64,000 nucleotides of DNA from an uncultured Candidatus Rokubacteria bacterium (GTDB lineage Bacteria; Methylomirabilota; Methylomirabilia; Rokubacteriales; CSP1-6), in contig CAVYTA010000007.1 in assembly GCA_963771355.1 (NCBI GenBank), positions 282,423 to 346,422 on the forward strand, written 5' to 3'. The notes beneath the pieces are model-generated. The model made no database searches, was not told the origin of the DNA, and saw only the letters and a list, made by a program, of their open reading frames with translations. Positions 1 to 8,667 of the stretch are shown in pieces. How positions within the stretch are numbered: position 1 is the first letter of the stretch; every line of letters begins with the position of its first letter. The position numbers were made by a program, and so were the translations under genes.

Positions 1-40
1 CACCGGCGGCGCCGTCCGGCCGCCGCGGAGGACTGAGACG

Positions 41-1102
41 GTGCGGCCCATCGACGCGATCCTCGACACCGCCATCGCCCTCAACGCGACCGACATCCAT
101 CTTCAGGCGGGACTGCCGCCGGTCTACCGGGTCCAGAAGCGACTCGTCCAGAAGGGCGGCGCCCGGCTCGGCCCTCAGGAGACGGAGGAGCTGGTCTTCT
201 CGCTGATGACCGACCAGCAGAAGCGGATCTTCCGCGAGAAGCTCGATCACGACTTCTCCTGCGCGGTGCCGGGCCGGGCGCGCTTCCGGGTCAACGCCTT
301 CCGGCAGCGCGACTCGGTGGCGGCGGCCCTGCGGCGCATCCCCTTCGAGATCCCGTCCTTCGAGAGCCTGGGCCTGCCCGCCAGCATGGCGGATCTCGCC
401 CAGCTGCGGCGCGGCTTCGTGCTCATCACCGGCGCGGCGGGGCATGGGAAGTCGACCACCCTCGCCGCCCTCATCGATCGGATCAACAGCGAGCGGCAGG
501 TCCACGTGGTGACCATCGAGGATCCGATCGAGTACCTCTTCGTCCACAAGCAGAGCGTGGTGGTGCAGCGGGAGCTCGGCACCGACGTGGAGAGCTTCGC
601 GGGCGGCCTCCGCGCCGCCCTCCGCGAGGATCCCGACGTGGTCCTCGTGGGCGAGATGCGCGACTTCCAGACCATCGAGGCCGCGCTGACCGCGGCGGAG
701 ACTGGCCACCTGGTCTTCAGCACGCTGCACACCAAGACGCCCGCCCAGGCCATCGACCGGATCGTGGATGTGTTCCCGCCGCACCAGCAAGGGCAGGTCC
801 GCGTGCAGCTCGCGAACGTGCTCCACGCCGTCGTGACCCAGCAGCTCCTCGTGCGGAAGGACGGCGAGGGGCTGGTGGTGGCGGTGGAGCAGCTCATGGC
901 GAACCCCGCGGTGTGCAACCTCATCCGGCAGGGCAAGACCTTCCAGTTGCCCTCGCTCATCCAGACCGGCGCCGCGGCGGGGATGGTGACGATGGAGCAA
1001 TCGCTGAAGTCGCTGTGCGAGCGTGGCCTGGTCACCTACGAGGAGGCCCTGGAGCACGCCTTCGACGCGCACGAGCTCGCGCGTCTCATGGGACGCAGCT
1101 AG
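41..1102 (+). CDS. pilT: Type IV pilus retraction (twitching motility) ATPase PilT/PilU family
   Basis: 353 aa. GTG start at 41 preceded by GGAGGA. Walker A GAAGHGKST. The PilT-family blocks IEDPIEY and HLVFSTLHT are present. N-terminal domain reads DIHL......GLPPVYRV. Confidence 0.85.
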   Translation: MRPIDAILDTAIALNATDIHLQAGLPPVYRVQKRLVQKGGARLGPQETEELVFSLMTDQQKRIFREKLDHDFSCAVPGRARFRVNAFRQRDSVAAALRRIPFEIPSFESLGLPASMADLAQLRRGFVLITGAAGHGKSTTLAALIDRINSERQVHVVTIEDPIEYLFVHKQSVVVQRELGTDVESFAGGLRAALREDPDVVLVGEMRDFQTIEAALTAAETGHLVFSTLHTKTPAQAIDRIVDVFPPHQQGQVRVQLANVLHAVVTQQLLVRKDGEGLVVAVEQLMANPAVCNLIRQGKTFQLPSLIQTGAAAGMVTMEQSLKSLCERGLVTYEEALEHAFDAHELARLMGRS

Positions 1103-1132
1103 ACGCTCGGCCATCGCGCGCTTTCCCTCCTG

Positions 1133-2935
1133 GTGGCGCTGGCGGCGATGGCGCCGTTCCTGCCCGTGCTGGGCGCCGGCTTCGTCAACTGGGACGACGA
1201 GGCGCTGCTCGTCGCGGAGACCGGCTACCGGGCGCCGGGGGCTCTGCGCTGGGCGCTGGCCTCCACCGCCATGGGCCACTGGAGCCCGCTCGCCTGGCTC
1301 TCCTTCGCCCTCGACTACCGGCTCGGCGGCCTCGATCCCCGCGTCTTTCACGCCACCAGCCTGACGTTGCATGGGCTCAACGCCGCCCTCTTCTATGGCC
1401 TGGCCCGGCGGCTCCTGGCCGCCGCCGGGCCGGAGCGCGCTGACCCGGTTCAGGCCTGGGGCGCCGCGCTCGCGGCGCTCGTCTTCGCCGTGCACCCGCT
1501 GCGGGCGGAGCCGGTGGCCTGGATCTCGGACCGTCGTGACCTGCTCTGTACGGCATTTCTGCTGCTGGCGCTCATCGCCTATGTTCGGGGCGTGCGCGCG
1601 GGGGGGCCGCTCGCGCCCGGCTGGGGGCTCGCGTCGCTGGCGGCCTTTGCGGGGGCGCTCGGCTCGAAAGGCATCGCCGTGGTGCTTCCGCTCCTCCTCC
1701 TCGTCCTCGACTGGTATCCGCTGGGCCGCGCCGGGCGAGGCTGGCGCGCGCTCGTGCGCGAGAAAGCTTCGTACGTGGCGGTGGCCCTAGCGGGCGCCGT
1801 CGTCACGTGGCTGGCGGTGTGGGCCGATGCCGCGCCCCTCGGCTATCGAGAGTACGGTCCCCTGGCACGCCTCGCGTTGGCGGGGCACGCGGCCTGGCAA
1901 TTGCTCGTGCGGCACCTGTGGCCCGTCGGGCTCTCCCCGCTCTACGAGCTGCCCGCCGAAGTGCGGCTCCTGACCCCCCGCTTCCTGGTTCCGTTACTCG
2001 CCGTGGGCGCGCTCACCGCCACGCTGGTCCAGCTCCGTCACCGCTGGCCCGCCGGTCTCGCCGCCTGGCTGGCCTCGCTCATCGCGTTGGCCCCGGTGAG
2101 CGGCATCGTGCTGGCGGGCCGGCACGTGGGGGCCGATCGCTATACCTATCTGGCGGGTCTGGGACTGGCGCTTCTCGCCGGCGGGGGCGGGGTCCATCTC
2201 GTCGCGCGCCGATCCCCGACGGCGCGCCGGATCGCCGGCGTCGCCGCGGCGCTGCTTCTGGTGGGGCTGGGATCCCTCGCGTGGCAACAGACCCTTCACT
2301 GGCGCGACTCGGAGCGCCTGTGGCGTCGGGCGGTGGCGGTGGAGCCCGACTGCGCGTCCTGCCTCAACAACCTGGGCCGTGCCCTCATGCGCGCGGACAG
2401 CCGGCGGCCGGCCCGGGACGCCGAGGCGGAGGTGCTGTTCCGGCGGGCGCTCACGCTGCGACCGGATCAGCCCGGCCCCTATCTCAATCTGGGCGCGCTG
2501 CTCGTCGGCCTGGGACGGCATGGCGAGGCCGAGACCGTGTTCCGCGAGATCGCGAGACGCTGGCCGGCCCTGGCGGACGGCCCCGCCGGCCTGGCGGCGG
2601 TGAGCCGCGCGCGCGGCGACGAGGTCGCGGCCGCGGCGCTGCTGCGACAGGCGCTCGTGCTGGATCCCGGTTTCACCGGGGCCCGGGTGGAGCTGGGCCG
2701 GCTGCTGAACAATCGCGGGGTCGCCGCCGCGCGGGCCGGCCGTCTCCGGGAGTCGGCCGCCTTGCTCCGGGAGTCGGTGGGGCTGCTCCGGGCCGACCCC
2801 GAGCCATTGCGCAATCTTCGACAGGTGCTTCGCGCCCTCCGCGCCGCGGGCGACGAGACGGCGGCGCTGCGCGAGCTCGAGGCCCTCCGCGCCCTGGATC
2901 CGGCGCTGGCCGAGTCGGCCGGGCGGGAGCTTTAA
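1133..2935 (+). CDS. Membrane GT-C-like (TMTC/DUF1736-like) glycosyltransferase candidate with C-terminal TPR repeats, paralog 1
   Basis: 600 aa. Multi-TM N-terminal half with an NWDD acidic motif in the first loop. Blocks MGHWSPLAWL, HATSL..HGLNAALFY, HPLRAEPVAW and DRYTYLA are shared with the ORFs at 6593 and 8668. C-terminal half is TPR-like (NNLGRAL, YLNLGALL). Begins 31 nt after the pilT stop. Confidence 0.65.
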   Translation: MALAAMAPFLPVLGAGFVNWDDEALLVAETGYRAPGALRWALASTAMGHWSPLAWLSFALDYRLGGLDPRVFHATSLTLHGLNAALFYGLARRLLAAAGPERADPVQAWGAALAALVFAVHPLRAEPVAWISDRRDLLCTAFLLLALIAYVRGVRAGGPLAPGWGLASLAAFAGALGSKGIAVVLPLLLLVLDWYPLGRAGRGWRALVREKASYVAVALAGAVVTWLAVWADAAPLGYREYGPLARLALAGHAAWQLLVRHLWPVGLSPLYELPAEVRLLTPRFLVPLLAVGALTATLVQLRHRWPAGLAAWLASLIALAPVSGIVLAGRHVGADRYTYLAGLGLALLAGGGGVHLVARRSPTARRIAGVAAALLLVGLGSLAWQQTLHWRDSERLWRRAVAVEPDCASCLNNLGRALMRADSRRPARDAEAEVLFRRALTLRPDQPGPYLNLGALLVGLGRHGEAETVFREIARRWPALADGPAGLAAVSRARGDEVAAAALLRQALVLDPGFTGARVELGRLLNNRGVAAARAGRLRESAALLRESVGLLRADPEPLRNLRQVLRALRAAGDETAALRELEALRALDPALAESAGREL

Positions 2936-3054
2936 GGGGCCTCTTGTGTTCATCCGGGTTTCCTGATACGGAAAGCCCAGGCTGGCGCCCGCACCGGCTC
3001 CCCACGAGCTCGAGAACAACCGGCGGCACCCGGAACCCCCAAGGAGACCTAGCC

Positions 3055-3441
3055 ATGGCTCAGGTGAAGCAGCTCACCCTGACCGCGCTATCCAAGCCCG
3101 GGGTGCTCGCCAGGATCTGCGGGGTGCTCTCGGACGCTGGGGTCAACCTGGTGGCCATCTGCGCGGCGGATGGCGATGGCCGCAGCAAGCTCCGGATGCT
3201 GGTCTCCGACCCCGCCCGGGCCAAGCAGGCGCTGGCGGCCGCCAAGATCCGGTGCGGCGAGGAGCCCGCCCTGCTGCTCACCCTGGACGACAAGCCGGGG
3301 AGCCTCGGGCGCGTGGTCGCGCGCCTGGCCGCGGCGAAGATCAACATCAAGTGCACCTACGCCACCACCGGGGGCGGCGGCACCGCCCAGGTCGTCCTCG
3401 TCGTCCCCAATCCGGACAAGGCGGAACGGGCCCTGGCCTGA
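3055..3441 (+). CDS. Small tandem ACT-domain protein
   Basis: 128 aa. ATG at 3055 sits 8 nt after AAGGAGA. Two roughly 60-aa halves each fit the ACT-domain pattern (LTLTALSKPGVLARICGVLSDAGVNL and LLLTLDDKPGSLGRVVARLAAAKINI). Confidence 0.6.
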   Translation: MAQVKQLTLTALSKPGVLARICGVLSDAGVNLVAICAADGDGRSKLRMLVSDPARAKQALAAAKIRCGEEPALLLTLDDKPGSLGRVVARLAAAKINIKCTYATTGGGGTAQVVLVVPNPDKAERALA

Positions 3442-3445
3442 GACC

Positions 3446-3643
3446 GTGCGACTGAAGCGAGAGGACGTCGAGCGGATGATGTCGGAGCGCCCGGCGGGCA
3501 CCGCTCTCGAGGAGGCGCTGGAGGTGTTCGAGGTGTTCGCCAGCGGGACCCTGGCCGATGAGGTCTACATTCTCGACGATGTGAGCGGCAAGCGCATCGC
3601 CATCGCGCCGGCGGCGCTGAAGGCGAAGTACAGAAAGGAGTGA
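3446..3643 (+). CDS. Hypothetical small protein
   Basis: 65-aa ORF (GTG 3446), 5 nt after the ACT gene stop. No recognisable domain. Codon usage is similar to its neighbours. Confidence 0.3.
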   Translation: MRLKREDVERMMSERPAGTALEEALEVFEVFASGTLADEVYILDDVSGKRIAIAPAALKAKYRKE

Positions 3644-3649
3644 CCCCCC

Positions 3650-4477
3650 ATGGCCATCATCGTCATCTCCCATGAGATCGGAGCGGGCGGTCCCGAGATC
3701 GGGCAAGCCCTCGGGGAGCGGCTCGGGTACCGGTGCGTCGGGCAAGATCTGATCGTCGACGTCGCGCGCCGCTACGGGCTCCTCGAGGAGAAGCTGTCGC
3801 ATCTGGACGAGGCCAAGCCCTCGCTGTTCGAGCGCTTCGACGCAGAGACCCGACGGTACATCACCGTGATCCAGACCGCGCTCTACGAGTTCGCCGAGCA
3901 CGACAACGTGATCCTGCTCGGCCGGGGCGGGCAGTGGCTCCTGCGGGGTATCCCTCACGTGCTGCGCGTGCGGGTGATGGCGCCCTTCGACCTGCGCGTG
4001 AAGCGGCTGGGCAAGAAGATGGCCGGCCAGATGGGCGAGCAGACCAATCAGCGCACCGTCACCGACATGGTGCGACGGGACGACATGGAGAAGATCGGCC
4101 GGATGCGCTACCTCTACGAGGTGGACATCCGCGATCCCGCCCTCTACGACGTGGTCATCAACACCGAGAAGCTCCCCCACGACTCCGCGGTGGAGGTGAT
4201 CGCGGGCCTGGTGCGGCGACCAGAGATGGCCACCGGCGACGCGGGCTCCCGTCTGGTCTCCGACCGCGCGCTCGCCTCGCGCGTGCAGGTGGCCCTCGCC
4301 ACCCACCCGGAGACGCGGAAGTACCGCACCACGGTGGAAGCCAAGGACGGCGTGGTGACCCTCGAGGGGACGGCCGCCCTCGAGGACGCGGTGGAAGTGG
4401 CCCGCGGCGTGACCGGCGTGCGCGAGGTGCGCACGCAGCAAGTGGAGATTCCCCCGATCCCGCCGTTCGTGGCGTAG
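3650..4477 (+). CDS. Cytidylate-kinase-like (AAA_17/CMP-kinase-like) domain fused to a C-terminal BON domain
   Basis: 275 aa. AGGAG SD before the ATG. The N-terminal pattern IVISHEIGAGGPEIGQALGERLGY is P-loop-like and typical of the cytidylate-kinase-like family. The C-terminal segment VEAKDGVVTLEGTAALEDAVEVARGVTGVREV is BON-domain-like. Confidence 0.55.
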   Translation: MAIIVISHEIGAGGPEIGQALGERLGYRCVGQDLIVDVARRYGLLEEKLSHLDEAKPSLFERFDAETRRYITVIQTALYEFAEHDNVILLGRGGQWLLRGIPHVLRVRVMAPFDLRVKRLGKKMAGQMGEQTNQRTVTDMVRRDDMEKIGRMRYLYEVDIRDPALYDVVINTEKLPHDSAVEVIAGLVRRPEMATGDAGSRLVSDRALASRVQVALATHPETRKYRTTVEAKDGVVTLEGTAALEDAVEVARGVTGVREVRTQQVEIPPIPPFVA

Positions 4478-4537
4478 GCGCGCCCGGGCGGGTTCGCCCC
4501 GTCGCCATTCCAACCGTTCAGCCGCCGGCGGAGAAGG

Positions 4538-5725
4538 TCAGCCGCCGGTCGAGGGGCGGTCGGAGCGGGAGCGGTCCTCGGGGATCTCGCCCACCGTCGC
4601 CGTGACGGTCACCTTCTGCTTCTTGCGCCAGACCTCGAGGGTCACCGGCTTGCCCACGGGGGTCTCCGCCACCAGCCGCTGGAACTGGTGGAAGTCCTCT
4701 ACCGGCGTCTTCTCGTAAGACAAGATCACGTCGCCCTGGACGAGTCCCGCCTTCGCGGCCGGGCTCCCGGGAATGGTCGAGGCGACGAGCGCGCCTTCGT
4801 TGCGGGGCAGCCCGAGGGACTGCACCAGCTCCTTCGAGAGCGGCTGAAGCGCCACGCCGAGCCAGCCGCGCACCACCTTGCCCTTCTCCACCAGTTGATC
4901 CACCACGCGCTTCACCATGTTCACCGGGATGGCGAACCCGATGCCCTGGCCCGCCGCGACGATGGCGGTATTGATGCCGATCACCTGGCCCTTGAGATTG
5001 ATGAGCGGGCCGCCGGAATTGCCCGGGTTGATCGAGGCATCGGTCTGGATGAAGTTCTCGTAGGTGGCCACGCCCACGTCGGAGCGGCCGGTGGCGCTGA
5101 TGACCCCCACCGTCACCGTCTGGTCGAGCCCGAAGGGATTGCCGATGGCGATGGCCCACTCGCCGACCTTGAGGGCGTCCGAGTCGCCCAGCGCGGCCAC
5201 CCGCAGCTCGTGCCCGGGGTCGAAGCGGACGAGGGCGAGGTCGGTCTTGGGATCCACGCCCAGCACCTTGCCCCGATACTCCTTCTTGTCCGACAGCCGC
5301 ACCGAGATCTCGTCGGCGCCCTTGATCACGTGGAAGTTGGTGAGGACGAGTCCCCGCTTGTCGATGATGACGCCCGACCCGAGGCTGGGCTGGCGGAACT
5401 CCGGCCGCTGTCCGGGAGTGTCCGTGCCGAAGAACTGCTTGAAGAAGTCCTGGAGGAACGGATCGTCGCCGGGCTGAGGGGCGATCGGCCGGCGGGCCTT
5501 GGAGCGGTGCACGGTGCCGATATTCACCACCGCGGGCCCGAGCTGCTGCGCCACGCCCACGAAGGTGGCCTGCAGCGTCTCGGGCAAGGCAGGGCCCGCT
5601 ACCGCGCGCGCGGCTGACGGCACGGGCGTTCCGGCGGTGATGCGATCCCGGACGAGGTAGCCGGTGAGGGCAGACGCCAGCACCAGGATGAAGCCGATGA
5701 GTCCACCGAGGAGGGCGCGGTTCAT
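4538..5725 (-). CDS. htrA: Periplasmic serine endoprotease DegP/HtrA family (trypsin-like plus PDZ)
   Basis: Start placed at MNRALLGG, residue 33 of the ORF. Signal/TM segment LIGFILVLASAL. Catalytic triad context: NFHVI (His), DLALV (Asp), GNSGGPL (Ser). C-terminal PDZ segment reads GALVASTIPGSPAAKAGLVQGDVIL. Confidence 0.85.
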   Translation of the reverse strand: MNRALLGGLIGFILVLASALTGYLVRDRITAGTPVPSAARAVAGPALPETLQATFVGVAQQLGPAVVNIGTVHRSKARRPIAPQPGDDPFLQDFFKQFFGTDTPGQRPEFRQPSLGSGVIIDKRGLVLTNFHVIKGADEISVRLSDKKEYRGKVLGVDPKTDLALVRFDPGHELRVAALGDSDALKVGEWAIAIGNPFGLDQTVTVGVISATGRSDVGVATYENFIQTDASINPGNSGGPLINLKGQVIGINTAIVAAGQGIGFAIPVNMVKRVVDQLVEKGKVVRGWLGVALQPLSKELVQSLGLPRNEGALVASTIPGSPAAKAGLVQGDVILSYEKTPVEDFHQFQRLVAETPVGKPVTLEVWRKKQKVTVTATVGEIPEDRSRSDRPSTGG

Positions 5726-6013
5726 GTCACTGGCTGCGGGTGGGCGATGATACTCACCGCCCGCGCGGGGTGTCAAGCAACGCCCCCCATCGTCTCGCTC
5801 GACGATTTTTGAAGTCAGCACCCCAAATTGTGGCTGCCGGCGACTTCACGCCTGGCGGAGCAATGTCCAACTGAATGATTTCCCTGGATTATTTCAGGTC
5901 GAATAAGCTTCGATGACGGGCATGGCACTTGCTAGCATTGAGGACCGTACAGGTCGGCGACGCAGCTTGCGTACCGACCGAACTTATAAACCTAATTGAA
6001 TGTGGGAGGATCG

Positions 6014-6514
6014 ATGATGTTCACCTCAATGATGAAGGCGTTTCGCAGGACGGGGCGCGAGGAGGGATTCACCCTCGTCGAGCTTCTGATCGTGATCCTC
6101 ATCGTCGGCATTCTCGCGGCGGTGGCAATTCCTCTGTACCTGGGGTACACGAAGGATGCCAAGCTGGCTGAAGGCAAGGCGCTCCTGGGCTCGGTGATGA
6201 CGGCACTGCAGGGATGCGTGCAGGCCAAGGGCTCCGGGCAGAGCTGCTCGGTCAGCGAGATCGTCAATCGCGTCGGTGTCAGCACGGCCGGCGTGACGGG
6301 CGATGGGCGGTGGACGGTGACGACCTCGGGGAGCCTCGCGGTGTCCTCGACCTCGCCGCCGACCTTCAGCGGTACCATTCAGGCGGTCGGCACGGGTGCC
6401 GACACGGCCGCGCTCTCGCTGGGCATGTTCCCGACCACGACCGGTGTCTTCCTCCGTTGCAACTCCTCCAGCAGCACGCCGCCGTCGGGTCCCACCGCCG
6501 GCGAGCCCTGCTAG
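6014..6514 (+). CDS. pilA: Type IVa major pilin (prepilin with class III signal)
   Basis: ATG at 6014 with GGGAGGA 4-5 nt upstream; alternative ATGs at 6029 and 6032. Leader reads ...RTGREEG|FTLVELLIVILIVGILAAVAIP, i.e. G-1, F+1, E+5. Two Cys pairs (QGC...SC and C...C at the C-terminus). The C-terminal tail is Ser/Thr/Pro-rich: SSTSPPTFSG...TTTGVFLRCNSSSSTPPSGPTAGEPC. Confidence 0.85.
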   Translation: MMFTSMMKAFRRTGREEGFTLVELLIVILIVGILAAVAIPLYLGYTKDAKLAEGKALLGSVMTALQGCVQAKGSGQSCSVSEIVNRVGVSTAGVTGDGRWTVTTSGSLAVSSTSPPTFSGTIQAVGTGADTAALSLGMFPTTTGVFLRCNSSSSTPPSGPTAGEPC

Positions 6515-6533
6515 CCGAATTTCGTCGCAGCAC

Positions 6534-6566
6534 CCGGGGGTGACGGGGATGACCCGCCACCCCCGG
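6534..6566 (+). terminator. GC-rich stem-loop (about 9-bp stem, 15-nt loop) just after pilA; possible attenuator or partial terminator
   Basis: CCGGGGGTG...CACCCCCGG inverted repeat about 20 nt downstream of the pilA stop. No U-run follows. The position mirrors the pilA/downstream-gene attenuators of other T4P loci. Coordinates are +/-2. Confidence 0.3.
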
Positions 6567-6592
6567 CGTCATTCCCCCTCCTCTCGTCACCC

Positions 6593-8560
6593 ATGACCCC
6601 GCCCGGCACCGCCCCGATCGTCCGTGGCTTTCCGCGCTGGATCGACGGCACCCTCGTCATCCTCGCGGCGGTCGCCGCGTTTCTCCCCGGCATATTCGGC
6701 GGCTTCCTCGGCTGGGACGACGATCAGAACTTTCTCGAGAATCCCGGCTATCGGGGCCTGGGTCCCCGCCAGCTCGGGTGGATGCTCACCACCTTCCACA
6801 TGGGGCACTGGAAGCCGCTCACCTGGCTCACCCATGGCGTGGACTGGGCGCTGTGGGGGATGCACCCGCTCGGCTACAAGGCGGGGAGCATCGCGCTGCA
6901 CGTCGCCGCCACCCTGGCGTTTCTCGCGCTGGCGCGTCGGCTCCTGCGCCTGGCGCAGCCGGGGTACCCGCTCGACGCGGTGCGAGCGGGAGCTCTCGGC
7001 GCCGCGCTGCTCTTTGCCGTGCATCCGTTGCGCGTGGAGCCGGTGGCCTGGCTGAGCGCGCGCGGCGATCTCGTGGCCGGGCTCGTCGCATTCCTCAGCG
7101 TGCTGGCATATCTCCGGGGGACGCGGGCCGGGTACTGGATGTCCGTCGGCCTGTTCGCGGTGGCGCTCACGGGGAAATCCATGCCCGTGACCCTGCCGCT
7201 CGTGCTCCTCGTCCTCGATGTCTACCCGCTCCGCCGGCTCGGCCCCTTCGCGGAAGGCGGCCCGTCCATCGGCGGCTGGTGGAATCCGCCGGCCCGGCGG
7301 ATCTATCTCGAGAAGGCGCCTTTCCTCGTCCTGTCCGCCGCGGCCACCATCATGGCTGTCCTCGCGCGGATCGAGTTCGGAAGCCTCGCCGAGGTCAACG
7401 AGGTGGGGTGGGGCGCGCGCCTGGCTGCCAGCGTGTACGCGCTTGCCTTCCCCCTCTGGAAGATGGTGATCCCCGTAGGTCTCTCGCCTCTCTACGACCT
7501 CCGGGCGGCGCTGGGCCGCGGCCCCTGGCCCTTCGTCATGGCCGGCACGGCCGTCGCCGGGCTCACCGCGCTGGCGGTGGCGCGCGCCCGCCGCTGGCCG
7601 GCCTTCGCGGCGGTGTGGGCGTCCTACGTGATCATGCTGCTGCCGGTGTCGGGCCTCGTCCAGAACGGCCCTCAGATCGCAGCGGACCGCTATACCTATC
7701 TGGCCGGCGGAGGCTGGGCGCTGCTCGCCGGCGGTGGGCTCGCCTGGTGCGCCGCGCACGTGACGGCCCGCTCGCCGCGCGCCGCGCTCGCGCGGGGCGT
7801 GCTGGGTCTCATGGTGGCCGCCACGCTCGTCCTGGTGAGCGCAAGCGCGTGGCAGGCCCTCATCTGGCACAACTCGGTCACGCTCTGGTCGCGCGTGGTG
7901 GAGCTGGAGCCGGACGGCGCCATCGCGCGGACCGGGCTCGGCACCGCGCTGCTGGCCGACGGCCGGCCGCTCGAGGCCGCGGCCCACTACCGCCGCGCGC
8001 TGGAGATCTTCCCGCGGCTGCCCGAGGCGAATCTCGGGCTGGCTCTGATCCTGGCCGGCGAGGGCCGGGGCGCGGAGGCGCTGCTCCACGGGCGCCAGGC
8101 GGTGGCGCGTCAGCCGCAGCGGGCGGGATTCCGGATGGTGTTCGCCGAGATCCTCTGGGGCGCGGACCGGCGCGAGGAGTCGCTCGCCGAGCTGCGCGAA
8201 GGCGCGCGGCTGGCCCCCGCTGTCCCGCTCTTTCCCTACCTGCTCGCGGTCAAGCTCGCCCGGATGGGACGGGGACCGGAGGCCATCGCCGCGCTCGAGG
8301 AGGGCCGCCGGCTCGAGCGCGCCGCGTACCTCTCGGGTCTCGAGGGCGATCGATTCACGGCGCTGGTGTACGAGTCGATCGATCCCCCCACCGCCGTGGC
8401 CGCCTGGCAGCGCTACGTGATCGCGCTGAGCCGGGTGCCGCGGCCGACGGCGCTGCAGCTCAGCCAGCTTGCGTATGGTATCGCCGCGCTCGACGCGCTC
8501 ACGAAGAGCTCGGCGCCGCCCCGGGCGCTCCCCCCGGCGCCCTCAGGGACCTCTCGGTAG
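6593..8560 (+). CDS. Membrane GT-C-like (TMTC/DUF1736-like) glycosyltransferase candidate with TPR repeats, paralog 2 (tfpW-like position immediately downstream of pilA)
   Basis: 655 aa. GFLGWDDDQNFLENPGYRGLG first-loop motif. Shared blocks HMGHWKPLTWL, HPLRVEPVAWL and DRYTYLAGG. Roughly 11 TM segments, then a C-terminal TPR region (HYRRALEIFP, EANLGLALIL). Confidence 0.65.
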   Translation: MTPPGTAPIVRGFPRWIDGTLVILAAVAAFLPGIFGGFLGWDDDQNFLENPGYRGLGPRQLGWMLTTFHMGHWKPLTWLTHGVDWALWGMHPLGYKAGSIALHVAATLAFLALARRLLRLAQPGYPLDAVRAGALGAALLFAVHPLRVEPVAWLSARGDLVAGLVAFLSVLAYLRGTRAGYWMSVGLFAVALTGKSMPVTLPLVLLVLDVYPLRRLGPFAEGGPSIGGWWNPPARRIYLEKAPFLVLSAAATIMAVLARIEFGSLAEVNEVGWGARLAASVYALAFPLWKMVIPVGLSPLYDLRAALGRGPWPFVMAGTAVAGLTALAVARARRWPAFAAVWASYVIMLLPVSGLVQNGPQIAADRYTYLAGGGWALLAGGGLAWCAAHVTARSPRAALARGVLGLMVAATLVLVSASAWQALIWHNSVTLWSRVVELEPDGAIARTGLGTALLADGRPLEAAAHYRRALEIFPRLPEANLGLALILAGEGRGAEALLHGRQAVARQPQRAGFRMVFAEILWGADRREESLAELREGARLAPAVPLFPYLLAVKLARMGRGPEAIAALEEGRRLERAAYLSGLEGDRFTALVYESIDPPTAVAAWQRYVIALSRVPRPTALQLSQLAYGIAALDALTKSSAPPRALPPAPSGTSR

Positions 8561-8667
8561 GGCAACTCGCCACCACCTCGGGCGCAGCTCCACGTGCTCT
8601 CCGATACGCCGCAGCGGCCGTCACGCCGCCGACCCAGCGCAACCGGCGGGCGGGCGGGGAGCCACGC

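Noticed and set aside
1807-3019. Long alternate-frame and antisense ORFs (for example 1807-3441 N-terminal part and 1994-3019 minus). The same pattern recurs at 6778-9102, 8621-10213, 16028-18010, 20793-22682, 25807-27375, 27984-29384, 28130-29590, 29682-31250, 38787-41312, 42979-45234, 45195-46913, 50834-53623, 53860-55764 and 58949-61549.
   Set aside because: Arg/Pro/Gly-rich low-complexity translations with no domain signatures, overlapping well-supported genes. This is a typical artefact of stop-codon paucity at about 70% GC.
5923-5937. TGGCAC hexamer upstream of pilA (possible sigma-54 -24 element)
   Set aside because: The downstream GC of the -12 element is one base too close (TGGCACttgctAGCA). 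Sigma-54 spacing is strict, so it is not called as a promoter. It could be rescued if my reading is off by a base.
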